Source: an uncultured Bacteroidia bacterium
Lineage (GTDB): Bacteria; Bacteroidota; Bacteroidia; Bacteroidales; UBA932
Reading direction: 5' to 3'
Assembly: GCA_902790635.1 (NCBI GenBank)
Contig: CADASN010000001.1
Span: forward strand, 140,515-204,514
DNA: 64,000 bases
Made by a program: the position numbers and the translations under genes. Shown here one piece after another: positions 1 through 8,417 of the stretch; the first letter of the stretch is position 1; the number at the start of each line of letters is the position of its first letter. The notes below the pieces were generated by a model. The model did no database searches and was not told the DNA's origin. It saw only the letters and a list, made by a program, of their open reading frames with translations.

Positions 1-1361
1 TCCATCGACTGGACGGTGGAAACGTCGATGTCGCTGATCTTGCCGCTGAACTTCTCGCCGTCCAAATAAATGATCGGATCTCCATCGGCTCCGTCGGCTT
101 TCCGGATGGTAATTGTGGAGGGTGCCGTGGCCGGCTCATCGCCATTCAGTTTGAAGATGACCGGGAAAGTGTAGGAGACCTTGACGGGCTTTCGGCCCTG
201 CTCGCCGGGCTCCCATTTCGGAGAGGAGGAAATGACGCGGACCGCCTCCGCATCCAGCGTTTCGTGAACGCTGCGAAGCACCCTGACATTGCGGACGGCA
301 CCGTCCTCGCAGATGTCGAAACTGACCATCACGCGGCCCTGGAGGCCGTCTGCTTTGGCTTCTGCAGGATAGCTCAAATGCTGCGCCACCCATCTGGCAA
401 AGGTGCTGGCATCTTCACCCTGGAAGGTCGGCTTCTTCTCAATCTGGGAATAGGGTACGGGCGGATCGTCATCCTGGAAGAGGGCGGTCTCGCCGGGAGT
501 GGCAGGGCGGATCTCCGCCCGGGCGGGGTTGCACAGGAACATGGTCCCTGCGAGCAGGGGGAGGAGCGCCGCATAAGCGAGGCTCATCCAGCCGGAAGTG
601 GGGGTGTGTTGCATCATCGTGATTCTTTGTTTGAGTTTGGCGTGGTCGAAGCCGTTGGCCAGGGAGAAACGCTGCTCTCCTACGGCTTTCCTAACCAACA
701 ATAATTGATATGAGGTTGCATCGATGCCTTGTCGGATGAGGCCTTCGTCGGCCTCGTATTCGTGCAGGAGCTTCAACTCCGCGCGCGCGATCCACACCAG
801 CGGGTTGAACCAGTGCAGCGCGCAGACAGCGCTCATCAGCAGGACGTCCAGCGAGTGGCGGCAGCGGATGTGCTGCAACTCGTGGGCGAGGATGGCCGGG
901 TAGCGTTCGTAGTCCGCGCGGCTCATCACCACGTGCCGGCCCCAGCTGAAGGAGGGGAGATCCTGCTCCAGCAGGGTCAGGCGGCAGCCCTCGCAGGGAA
1001 GGGCCGTCCCGAGGCGGATCAGGCGGACGGTCCGGGCGGCAGATACCAGGCAGAGCGCCAGTACGGCCAGCAGACCGGCGGCATAGACTGCCATAAGCCA
1101 GGGAAACGCGGGCGCGGAAGCCCCGGCGGGCTCACCGACGGCTTCCAGCGTTTCAGGAGAAACGGGGAAGGAAACCTGCGGTAAAATGACTACGCGCAGG
1201 CGCAGCAGCGGCAGCAGGTGGCAGAGCACCGTCCCGAGCAGAAGGGCAATGCGGTTGAAGCGGAACAGGGTCGTCCGGCGCATCACCAGCAAGTAGAAGG
1301 CGTAGAAGATCGCAAGGTACAGGCTCGCGCGCAGCAGATATAAGAGGAACGGTGTCATCAT
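1..1361 (-). CDS. BlaR1-like M56 family metallopeptidase fused to a TonB C-terminal domain (runs off the left edge, partial)
   Basis: Not in the ORF track. Translated by hand in several segments: MMTPFLLYLLRASLYLAIFYAFY..., zinc motif AILAHELQHIRCRHSLD, TonB_C-like YPAEAKADGLQGRVMVSFDI...VSYTFPVIFKL; start overlaps the blaI stop. Confidence 0.9.
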   Translation of the reverse strand, partial: MMTPFLLYLLRASLYLAIFYAFYLLVMRRTTLFRFNRIALLLGTVLCHLLPLLRLRVVILPQVSFPVSPETLEAVGEPAGASAPAFPWLMAVYAAGLLAVLALCLVSAARTVRLIRLGTALPCEGCRLTLLEQDLPSFSWGRHVVMSRADYERYPAILAHELQHIRCRHSLDVLLMSAVCALHWFNPLVWIARAELKLLHEYEADEGLIRQGIDATSYQLLLVRKAVGEQRFSLANGFDHAKLKQRITMMQHTPTSGWMSLAYAALLPLLAGTMFLCNPARAEIRPATPGETALFQDDDPPVPYSQIEKKPTFQGEDASTFARWVAQHLSYPAEAKADGLQGRVMVSFDICEDGAVRNVRVLRSVHETLDAEAVRVISSSPKWEPGEQGRKPVKVSYTFPVIFKLNGDEPATAPSTITIRKADGADGDPIIYLDGEKFSGKISDIDVSTVQSM

Positions 1362-1723
1362 TTGCGATTGCTTTCGATGGTGGCGATCAGTTGTTTGAGC
1401 TCCTCCAGGTCCATCTTGTCGTCTTCGACGAACTGGGATACGAGCATGGCGTAGGAGTTGTCGTAATAACGGGCGACCAGGTCGCCGACCGTGGAGCCCC
1501 GGTATTCCTTCTCACTGATGGCGGGGGAGTAACAGAAACTGTTCGCCATCGGCTTCCGTGTCAGGAATCCTTTGTCCTCCAGAAACTTGACCTGTGTAGC
1601 TACCGTATTGTAAGAGGGTTTTGGTTCGGGCATGCGGGCTACGATATCCCGGATGAACAGATCGCCGTTCTGCCAGACGATCTGCATGATTTCTTCTTCT
1701 TTGGCGGTGAGTTTTGCTCTCAT
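1358..1723 (-). CDS. blaI: BlaI/MecI/CopY family transcriptional repressor
   Basis: MRAKLTAKEEEIMQIVWQ...PKPSYNTVATQVKFLEDKGFL; start trimmed from the 1358..1837 ORF to the ATG at 1723. Confidence 0.92.
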   Translation of the reverse strand: MRAKLTAKEEEIMQIVWQNGDLFIRDIVARMPEPKPSYNTVATQVKFLEDKGFLTRKPMANSFCYSPAISEKEYRGSTVGDLVARYYDNSYAMLVSQFVEDDKMDLEELKQLIATIESNRK

Positions 1724-1742
1724 GACGTTAGGGTTACCATGG

Positions 1743-1750
1743 CAAAGATA
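1743..1750 (-). promoter_or_regulatory. Bacteroidetes sigma-A -7 element (TATCTTTG) for blaI-M56
   Basis: Matches TAnnTTTG about 20 nt upstream of the blaI ATG. Confidence 0.7.
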
Positions 1751-1767
1751 CATATATTTTTCTAATC

Positions 1768-1805
1768 TCCTAATATTTTTCGGAGTTTTCCTATTAATTT
1801 TCGGA
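1768..1805. promoter_or_regulatory. Two tandem imperfect palindromes, candidate BlaI operators
   Basis: tcctaatatttttcgga (1768-1784) and tcctattaattttcgga (1789-1805), 21-bp period, upstream of the blaI -7 element. Confidence 0.55.
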
Positions 1806-1901
1806 ATATTTTCTTCCGGCGGCCTGTCCGGGAGCAACGCAGCCGCCGTGGCTCATGAATGGGAGAGGGCTGCCGTCTGCCGGAAATTCGTAAAATATAT
1901 G

Positions 1902-1909
1902 TATCTTTG
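1902..1909 (+). promoter_or_regulatory. -7 element (TATCTTTG) for the GT4-esterase operon
   Basis: TAnnTTTG 20 nt upstream of the ATG at 1930. Confidence 0.7.
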
Positions 1910-1929
1910 CGGCCGATTTGAGTGACGCG

Positions 1930-3084
1930 ATGAAAGTTTTATTTGTCTGTAACAACGCATATAATCTCGGAAACGGCTTGAGCGTTTCTATCCACAATAC
2001 CATTCGCAAACTTCGGGAGCACGGTGTCGATGCCCGCTTGATGGCCATCCGCAATCCCGATCCCCATGGCCCCCAGCCCGATTTCCCGTTGGGGCATTTC
2101 AAATTCCCGATCTTTGAGCCTATTATCTACACCAATGGTTTCGCATACGCCAAGATCGACCGGAAAATGATCGCCGAGGCCCTCGCGTGGGCGGATATCG
2201 TTCACATCCAGGAGGCGATGCCGCTTGAAAATGTGGTTGTCCGGATGGCCCGGAAGATGGGAAAGTGCCTGACGGCAACATTCCACCTGTATCCCCAGAA
2301 CGTTCTGGCCAGCCTCGGCTTTCCCAAACGGAACTTTGTGAATCCCTTCCTGCGCGACAATTGGAAAGGGCTCGTATTCGACAAGTGCTCGGACATCCAG
2401 TGCCCGACGGCCGTCGTGCGGGATTATTTGGAAAAGAAGCATTTCAAGGCACGCCTGCATGTGATTTCCAACGGAATCGACGTTCCTGCGGAGCCGGTGA
2501 AGGCTGCGACCCTTCTGCCCGAAGGGACCGTGGACCTGCTCTGCATCGGCCGCATGGCTTCCGAAAAATCACAGGATACCCTGCTCGATGCGATGCGCTA
2601 CAGCCGCCACGCCGACCAGATCCACCTGATCTTTGCCGGCAACGGCCCCAAGGCCGGGTATTATCGGAAGATGGCTCAGCGCCTTTATGCGAAAGGGATC
2701 CTGAAGATTCCGGCGACTTTTGGTTTCTACACACATGACGAATTGCATGAGCTTGCCCGCAAGTCCTATCTTTATATCCACTGCGCGTGGGTGGAAGTCG
2801 AAGGCCTCTCCTGCCTGGAGGCTTTGCGGGAGGGGACTGTACCCGTGATTGCCCAGGGGGACATGATCGGTACTTCCGTTTTTGCCCTGTGCCCCGAGAG
2901 CCTCTATCCTGTTTATGACAGCCGCGCGCTGGCAGCGCGTATCGACTGGTGGATCGAGCATCCGGAGGAGCGCAACCGGATGGCACAGGAGTATGCCGAC
3001 TCCGTTTGCCGCTATGACAATGAGAAGACGATTCTCTCCCTGATTGCCATGTTCCGGCAGGCTTTGGACGCTAAAGCGCAATGA
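1930..3084 (+). CDS. Glycosyltransferase family 4 (glycosyl-diacylglycerol synthase-like)
   Basis: MKVLFVCNN..., HVISNGID, IGRMASEKSQ, EX7E motif EVEGLSCLE. Confidence 0.85.
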   Translation: MKVLFVCNNAYNLGNGLSVSIHNTIRKLREHGVDARLMAIRNPDPHGPQPDFPLGHFKFPIFEPIIYTNGFAYAKIDRKMIAEALAWADIVHIQEAMPLENVVVRMARKMGKCLTATFHLYPQNVLASLGFPKRNFVNPFLRDNWKGLVFDKCSDIQCPTAVVRDYLEKKHFKARLHVISNGIDVPAEPVKAATLLPEGTVDLLCIGRMASEKSQDTLLDAMRYSRHADQIHLIFAGNGPKAGYYRKMAQRLYAKGILKIPATFGFYTHDELHELARKSYLYIHCAWVEVEGLSCLEALREGTVPVIAQGDMIGTSVFALCPESLYPVYDSRALAARIDWWIEHPEERNRMAQEYADSVCRYDNEKTILSLIAMFRQALDAKAQ

Positions 3085-3959
3085 GAAACGCCCTGCATTT
3101 CCTGCTGTTGGCCGTCCTGGCTTGTTCCTGCTCCATGGCACGCTATGTCCGCGGGCCGCAGACGCAGGACATCGAGGCGCGTACCGGACAGGAAGGCATC
3201 ATCGAGACCGTGACCTACCGCAGCAGCGAGCCCGACCTGTCGGAGCGGCGGATGGTCGTCTATCTCCCGAAAGACTACTACCGGGACAGCCTTCGGCGCT
3301 ATCCTGTGCTTTACCTCCTGCATGGAGCCCGGGGCAATGAGGTGACCTGGATCGACAGCGCCGATGTCCTGCATGCCGTCGATTCCCTGCGCAACGGCGC
3401 ATTGGCGGAGGATTTCATCCTGGTCCTGCCCAACGTGAACAATTATTTCGGGGACCGGGACTATAAGGACGGTCACTGCGTGCCGGCCGTGCGGGCTTTC
3501 TGGACCGTGGACGGGGAAGTGGAGCGCTATTTCGTCCGCGACGTCGTGGCGCGGACGGACCGGCTCTACCGGACCATTCCGGAGAAGCGCGGACGCGCCA
3601 TCGCCGGGATGTCCAGCGGCGCGCTGCAGGCGCTCTACCTGTCCGCCAATTATCCGCATGCTTTTGATTACGTAGGGCTTTTCTCTCCTTACACCCACAC
3701 CGGCAACCTGGCCACGAGCAACCACGATGACGTCTATGGCGCGTTGTGGCGCAAACTCCGGCACCAGTTCGCGGAGCCGCCGCGCTTATATTCCCTATAC
3801 ATCGGCAAGACGGATTTCTTCTATCCGCATATTCTACTGTATGACAGGAAGTTGACCCACAAAGGCTACCCCCACAGCCTCGTCCTCGCGGAAGGCGGTC
3901 ACGAATGGTACAACTGGTCCGATTTCTACCTCGACTTCTGCCAGCGCATCTTCCGGTAG
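3081..3959 (+). CDS. Alpha/beta-hydrolase esterase (CE1/Fes-like), probable lipoprotein
   Basis: VYLP..Y, YPVLYLLHG, nucleophile GMSSG, GGHEW; N-terminal LLAVLAC lipobox-like signal. Confidence 0.85.
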   Translation: MRNALHFLLLAVLACSCSMARYVRGPQTQDIEARTGQEGIIETVTYRSSEPDLSERRMVVYLPKDYYRDSLRRYPVLYLLHGARGNEVTWIDSADVLHAVDSLRNGALAEDFILVLPNVNNYFGDRDYKDGHCVPAVRAFWTVDGEVERYFVRDVVARTDRLYRTIPEKRGRAIAGMSSGALQALYLSANYPHAFDYVGLFSPYTHTGNLATSNHDDVYGALWRKLRHQFAEPPRLYSLYIGKTDFFYPHILLYDRKLTHKGYPHSLVLAEGGHEWYNWSDFYLDFCQRIFR

Positions 3960-3960
3960 T

Positions 3961-4088
3961 TTTCCGTCGGGCGCCTGCCCCTCAGAACCGTGGCCGCCCG
4001 TGGCCCATGAACGGGGGGACCGCAAGCGTAGCGCAGCGGTGGGATGAAGCGAAGCGGAAGGTTCTTAGGGGTAGGCGCCCGACGGAAA
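3961..4088. repeat. 128-bp REP/MITE-like element with 29-bp imperfect terminal inverted repeats
   Basis: Left arm tttccgtcgggcgcctgcccctcagaacc vs reverse complement of right arm (4060-4088) tttccgtcgggcgcctacccctaagaacc, 27/29 identical. Confidence 0.7.
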
Positions 4089-4138
4089 CCGTTCCGCTGC
4101 CGCTCGTGGGGAAGGCGTGCAGGAGCGCGCCTCCGGTA

Positions 4139-6274
4139 CTATTTAAGCAAACGCAGGGAGATGCGGCCGCGGTCGAGATCGACGGCGGTGACGGCGACGC
4201 GGACCTGCTGGTGCAGTTTGACCACCTTCGTGGGGTCGGTGCCGCGGGGGCCCATCTGGGAGACGTGCACGAGGCCGTCGTCATGGATGCCGATATCCAC
4301 GAAGGCGCCGAAGTTGGTGATATTCGTGACGATGCCCGGAAGCTCCATCCCGACCTTGAGATCCTCGATTCCGTGGATATCCTCGGCAAAGGCGAACTCG
4401 GCCGCCTGCTCGCGCGGGTCCAGCCCCGGCTTCGCCAGCTCCTTGAGAATGTCGTTGACGGTCGGCAGGCCGGCGCTCTCCGTCACGAAATCCTTCGCCT
4501 GGATCCGCGCACACAGCTCCGCATTGCCGACCAGCTCCTTCGTCGTGACCCCCAGTGAGCGGGCCATCCGGTCCACGATGCCGTAGGACTCGGGATGTAC
4601 GGCTGAATTGTCCAGCGGATTCTCCGCATCGCGGATCCGCAGGAAACCCGCGCACTGCTCGAAGGCCTTCGGCCCGAGGCGGGGGACCTTGTGCAGCTCC
4701 GCACGGCTGCGGAAGCCGCCGCTGGCGCTGCGGTATGCGACGATATTCTCCGCCAGGGCGGGGCCGATGCCGGCCACGTAGGCGAGCAGGTAAGGGGATG
4801 CCGTGTTGAGATTGACGCCCACGGCGTTGACGCAACTCTCCACCGTATTGTCCAGCTGCTCCTTGAGCAGGGTCTGGTCGACATCGTGCTGATACTGCCC
4901 GATGCCGAGGTTCTTCGGATCGATCTTGACGAGTTCGGCGAGCGGATCCATCAGGCGCCGGCCGATGGACACGGCTCCGCGGACGGTCACATCCTCGTCG
5001 GGAAATTCCCGGCGGGCGATTTCAGAAGCGCTGTAGATGGAGGCTCCGTCCTCGCTGACTGTCCATACTTTACATCCTTCCGGAAGCCGGATGCGACGCA
5101 TGAAATCTTCTGTCTCCCGCGATGCGGTCCCGTTGCCGATGGCGACGGCCTGGATACCATAGCGCTCGAGCAGTTGCTGGAGGGTCATGATGGATTTGAC
5201 CTTGTCGTTCTGCGGGGGATGCGGGTAGATGATGGTGTGGTAAAGCAGATTGCCCTGTTCGTCCAGGCAGGCGAGCTTGCAGCCGTTGCGGAAGCCCGGA
5301 TCGATCGCGAGGGTGCGCTTCTGGCCCACGGGGGCGCTGAGCAGCAACTGCCGCAGGTTCTCGCCGAAGACGCGGATGCTCTCGCGGTCGGCCTTTTCCT
5401 TGGCTTCCCGCAGGACCTCGCCGCTGATTGACGGCTCCAGCAGGCGTTTGAAGGAGTCCGCGACCGCTTCCTTGATCTGGTCGGCAAGCGGTCCGGCCGG
5501 ATAGCCGTGTTCCTGGCAGAAATCGTAATAGATCTTGGCGCCGCATTTCTCCGCATCCGCATCGATGCCGATGTTCAGGAAACCCTCGTTCTCCGCCCGC
5601 AGGATGGCGAGCAGGTTGTGTGAAGGGATGCGGTCCAGCGGCATCTTGAAATCAAAATAGCTGCGGTACTTCGCGGCCTCGGCACTGTCGCGGCCCGCTT
5701 TGGTCACGTTCGCGGTGACCCGTCTGCGACGGAAGATGCCGCGGAGGTTTTCGCGGATCACGGCCGTCTCGCTGAGCCGCTCCGCGACGATGTCGCGGGC
5801 GCCGGCGAGTGCCGCCGCCGTGTCCGCCACCTTGTCCTTGACGAAACGGACGGCATCCGCTTCGGGGTTGCGCGTCCGGACCTGCCACATCAGGTCGGCC
5901 AGGGGCTCCAGACCCAGCTCCCGCGCAATCGTGGCGCGGGTGCGCCGCTTGGGACGCCAGGGGAGGTAGAGGTCTTCGAGTTCCGTGGCGGAGACGCAGG
6001 CCTCGATCTTCGCGCGCAGCTCCTCCGTCAGGGCCCCTGCTTCGGAGATGGTCTTGAGGATGGTCTCCTTGCGCTTTTCCATCTCGGTGAAGACGTCCAC
6101 CCAGTGGCGCACTTCGGCCACTTCCACGTCGTCCATGCCGCCGGTCTTCTCCTTGCGGTAGCGGCTGATGAAGGGGATCGTGTCACCGTCCTCGAAGAGT
6201 CCGGCGCAATTCTCTACCTGCCAGTCCTTCAGTCCGAGGAGGCCGGCGATGTGCTGGATATAGATGGGTTTCAT
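4139..6274 (-). CDS. tex: Tex family RNA-binding transcriptional accessory protein
   Basis: TIPFISRYRKEKTG, YqgF-like AIDPGFRNGCK, HhH repeats, C-terminal S1 domain (TNFGAFVDIG..DGLVHVSQM). Confidence 0.96.
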   Translation of the reverse strand: MKPIYIQHIAGLLGLKDWQVENCAGLFEDGDTIPFISRYRKEKTGGMDDVEVAEVRHWVDVFTEMEKRKETILKTISEAGALTEELRAKIEACVSATELEDLYLPWRPKRRTRATIARELGLEPLADLMWQVRTRNPEADAVRFVKDKVADTAAALAGARDIVAERLSETAVIRENLRGIFRRRRVTANVTKAGRDSAEAAKYRSYFDFKMPLDRIPSHNLLAILRAENEGFLNIGIDADAEKCGAKIYYDFCQEHGYPAGPLADQIKEAVADSFKRLLEPSISGEVLREAKEKADRESIRVFGENLRQLLLSAPVGQKRTLAIDPGFRNGCKLACLDEQGNLLYHTIIYPHPPQNDKVKSIMTLQQLLERYGIQAVAIGNGTASRETEDFMRRIRLPEGCKVWTVSEDGASIYSASEIARREFPDEDVTVRGAVSIGRRLMDPLAELVKIDPKNLGIGQYQHDVDQTLLKEQLDNTVESCVNAVGVNLNTASPYLLAYVAGIGPALAENIVAYRSASGGFRSRAELHKVPRLGPKAFEQCAGFLRIRDAENPLDNSAVHPESYGIVDRMARSLGVTTKELVGNAELCARIQAKDFVTESAGLPTVNDILKELAKPGLDPREQAAEFAFAEDIHGIEDLKVGMELPGIVTNITNFGAFVDIGIHDDGLVHVSQMGPRGTDPTKVVKLHQQVRVAVTAVDLDRGRISLRLLK

Positions 6275-6993
6275 CGGGCGGGGTGGAGTTTGCGGAAGCG
6301 CAGGGCAAGCACGCCCCAGAACGCTTCGCCGAAGATGCTGCCGGACATCTTGGAGGTGCCTTCTTTGCGGTTGACGAAAATGACCGGCACCTCGGCGATC
6401 CGGAAGCCCAGCCGGTGGGCGGTATACTTGAGCTCGATCTGGAATCCGTAGCCCTTCATCCGCACAGCGTCGAGGTCGATGGTCTCCAGGACCTTGCGGG
6501 AGTAGCAGACGAATCCGGCGGTGCTGTCATAAATCCTGACGCCGAGCACGGTGCGGACGTAGATGGAGGCGCAATAGGACATGAGGATGCGCCCCAGCGG
6601 CCAGTTGACGACGTTGATGCCGTCGCAATAGCGGGACCCGACAGACAGGTCGGCACCGCCCTGCGTACAGGCTTCCAGCAGGCGGGGCAGGTCCAGCGGA
6701 TTGTGGGAGAAATCGGCATCCATCTCGAAAATGTAGTCGTAGTCATGCTCCAGCGCCCAGCGGAATCCGGCCACATAGGCCGTCCCGAGTCCGAGCTTCC
6801 CGCTCCGCTCGACGAGGAACAGACGCTCCGGGAACTCCTGCTGCAGCTCCTTGACCGCAGCGGCGGTGCCGTCGGGTGAGCCGTCGTCGATGACCAGGAC
6901 ATGGTAGTCGCCTTCCAGGTCGAAGACGGCCCGGATGATCTTGGAGATGTTTTCGATCTCGTTGTAAGTCGGGATGATGACGAGTTTCTTCAT
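6271..6993 (-). CDS. Polyprenol monophosphomannose synthase (GT2, Dpm1-like)
   Basis: VIIPTYNE, IDDGSPDGT, EMDADFSH, GYGFQIE. Confidence 0.92.
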   Translation of the reverse strand: MKKLVIIPTYNEIENISKIIRAVFDLEGDYHVLVIDDGSPDGTAAAVKELQQEFPERLFLVERSGKLGLGTAYVAGFRWALEHDYDYIFEMDADFSHNPLDLPRLLEACTQGGADLSVGSRYCDGINVVNWPLGRILMSYCASIYVRTVLGVRIYDSTAGFVCYSRKVLETIDLDAVRMKGYGFQIELKYTAHRLGFRIAEVPVIFVNRKEGTSKMSGSIFGEAFWGVLALRFRKLHPAR

Positions 6994-7533
6994 TTAGAAG
7001 CGATAGCGAAGACCTAACAACATGGCGCCCTGGTCGCCGAAGCCGGCTTCTCCGAAGATCCGCAAACGCTTGCCGACTTCCAGGCCGAGCAAGGAAGCCT
7101 GGGTAGCGAATTTGACGTTCGTAGCTTCGGGCGTATGGATCAGCTTGACGCCTGCGCTGAATTTGGAATAAGCCCCGAACCACTCACGCTGGTACCAGTT
7201 GAACTTGACGCTCGGAAGCAGGGAATAATAGTTCTTGCGGGTGGTCACACCCTCGTCGGTGATCGTGACGCCGTTGTAGGCAAAGATGCCGCCGACACTT
7301 ACCAGCGGCGATACCTGGCGGTAATACCCGGCTGCGATCGATCCGGTGCCGGAGACCTTGTAATCAGTATCGTTGATGCCCATCATGGCGGCGGCAAAGC
7401 CATGGAAAAAGACATTGATGTCTGCAGCGGAGCCGAGGCCGTAGGAAACGAAAATTTCGTTCTTGGGTGCAGACTGGGCAAACAGGGAAAGGCTTGCCAG
7501 CAGTACGCAGAGGGAAATGCTCAATTTTTTCAT
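6994..7533 (-). CDS. Small outer-membrane beta-barrel protein
   Basis: Signal peptide MKKLSISLCVLLASLSLFA, amphipathic strands, terminal LGLRYRF; start trimmed to 7533 because the longer ORF overlaps the tRNA. Confidence 0.75.
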   Translation of the reverse strand: MKKLSISLCVLLASLSLFAQSAPKNEIFVSYGLGSAADINVFFHGFAAAMMGINDTDYKVSGTGSIAAGYYRQVSPLVSVGGIFAYNGVTITDEGVTTRKNYYSLLPSVKFNWYQREWFGAYSKFSAGVKLIHTPEATNVKFATQASLLGLEVGKRLRIFGEAGFGDQGAMLLGLRYRF

Positions 7534-7568
7534 CTCAAAAGCAAATTTCCACAAATTTAACAAAAAAT

Positions 7569-7599
7569 AAAAACCCTGCAGACAATCTGCAGGGTTTTT
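7569..7599 (-). terminator. Intrinsic terminator after tRNA-Ser
   Basis: aaaaaccctgcaga-caa-tctgcagggttttt perfect hairpin with A/T tails. Confidence 0.8.
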
Positions 7600-7602
7600 G
7601 TG

Positions 7603-7690
7603 CGGAGAGACAGGGATTCGAACCCTGGAACCGCTTTGGACGGTCACACGCTTTCCAGACGTGCCTCTTCAGCCACTCGAGCATCTCTCC
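7603..7690 (-). tRNA. tRNA-Ser(GGA)
   Basis: GGAGAGATGCTCGAGTGGCTGAAGAGGCACGTCT-GGA-AAGCGTG, long variable arm, GGTTCGAATCC T-loop; TATATTTG -7 element at 7702-7709. Confidence 0.96.
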
Positions 7691-7772
7691 AAACGGGACT
7701 GCAAATATAGAAACATTTTTTGAAAAATCACCACCTTTTTTCGTACATTTGCCATGAACATACGCAAACGCC

Positions 7773-8399
7773 ATGAAAAAGATCTTCACATGTGTTTTGG
7801 CAGCGCTGCTGGCTGCGGCAGCCCTTTGGGCGCAGACCCCGGAGGAGATCATCGCCCGGATGGAAAAGGAAACGGCACGTTTCGATCCGGAAGGATTCTC
7901 CATGGTCATGGAAATCAAGATTCCCATCCTGGGTACGATGGGGACGACCGCGTACATCTTCGGCGACAAATACAAGATGATCACAAACGCGATGGGCGCT
8001 ACCATCACGCAGTGGTCGGACAAGACGACCACCTGGGAATACGATTCGTCCAAGGACGAGATCACCGTCTCGAATGCCAACCCGACCCAGGAATCACAGG
8101 CAGACAGCAACGTAGAGATGCTGAAGGGGGTGACCAACGGGTACGATGTCCGTCTGCAGAAGGAGACGGATACCGCCTGGCATTTCCGCTGCACCAAGTC
8201 CAGGACCAATACGAACAAGGACGATCCCAGGACGATGGAGCTGGTGGTCGCCAAGTCTTCCTACCTTCCTGTCAGTCTCAAGGCCAGCACGAAGGGCGTC
8301 ACGGTCACCTTGCGTGATTTTGCCGTCGGCATCGGTGAGGAAGAGGTGACATTCCGGGCGTCCGACTATCCGACCGCCACGATTGTTGACAAGAGATAA
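7773..8399 (+). CDS. Secreted LolA-like / lipoprotein-sorting fold protein
   Basis: Signal peptide, QTPEEIIARM start, WSDKTTTWEY strand, C-terminal VTFRASDYPTATIVDKR resembling Bacteroidetes LolA-like proteins. Confidence 0.55.
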   Translation: MKKIFTCVLAALLAAAALWAQTPEEIIARMEKETARFDPEGFSMVMEIKIPILGTMGTTAYIFGDKYKMITNAMGATITQWSDKTTTWEYDSSKDEITVSNANPTQESQADSNVEMLKGVTNGYDVRLQKETDTAWHFRCTKSRTNTNKDDPRTMELVVAKSSYLPVSLKASTKGVTVTLRDFAVGIGEEEVTFRASDYPTATIVDKR

Positions 8400-8417
8400 G
8401 GCGGGCTGCCGCCCGGA

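Larger units (their letters stand above)
1742..1910. repeat. Perfect 19-bp inverted repeat (1742-1760 / 1892-1910) with a 131-bp spacer
   Basis: gcaaagatacatatatttt and aaaatatatgtatctttgc are exact reverse complements. Confidence 0.9.

Noticed and set aside
1720-1740. Six-codon uORF (MVTLTS) overlapping the blaI start
   Set aside because: Its ATG is only 2 nt from the -7 element, probably upstream of the transcription start
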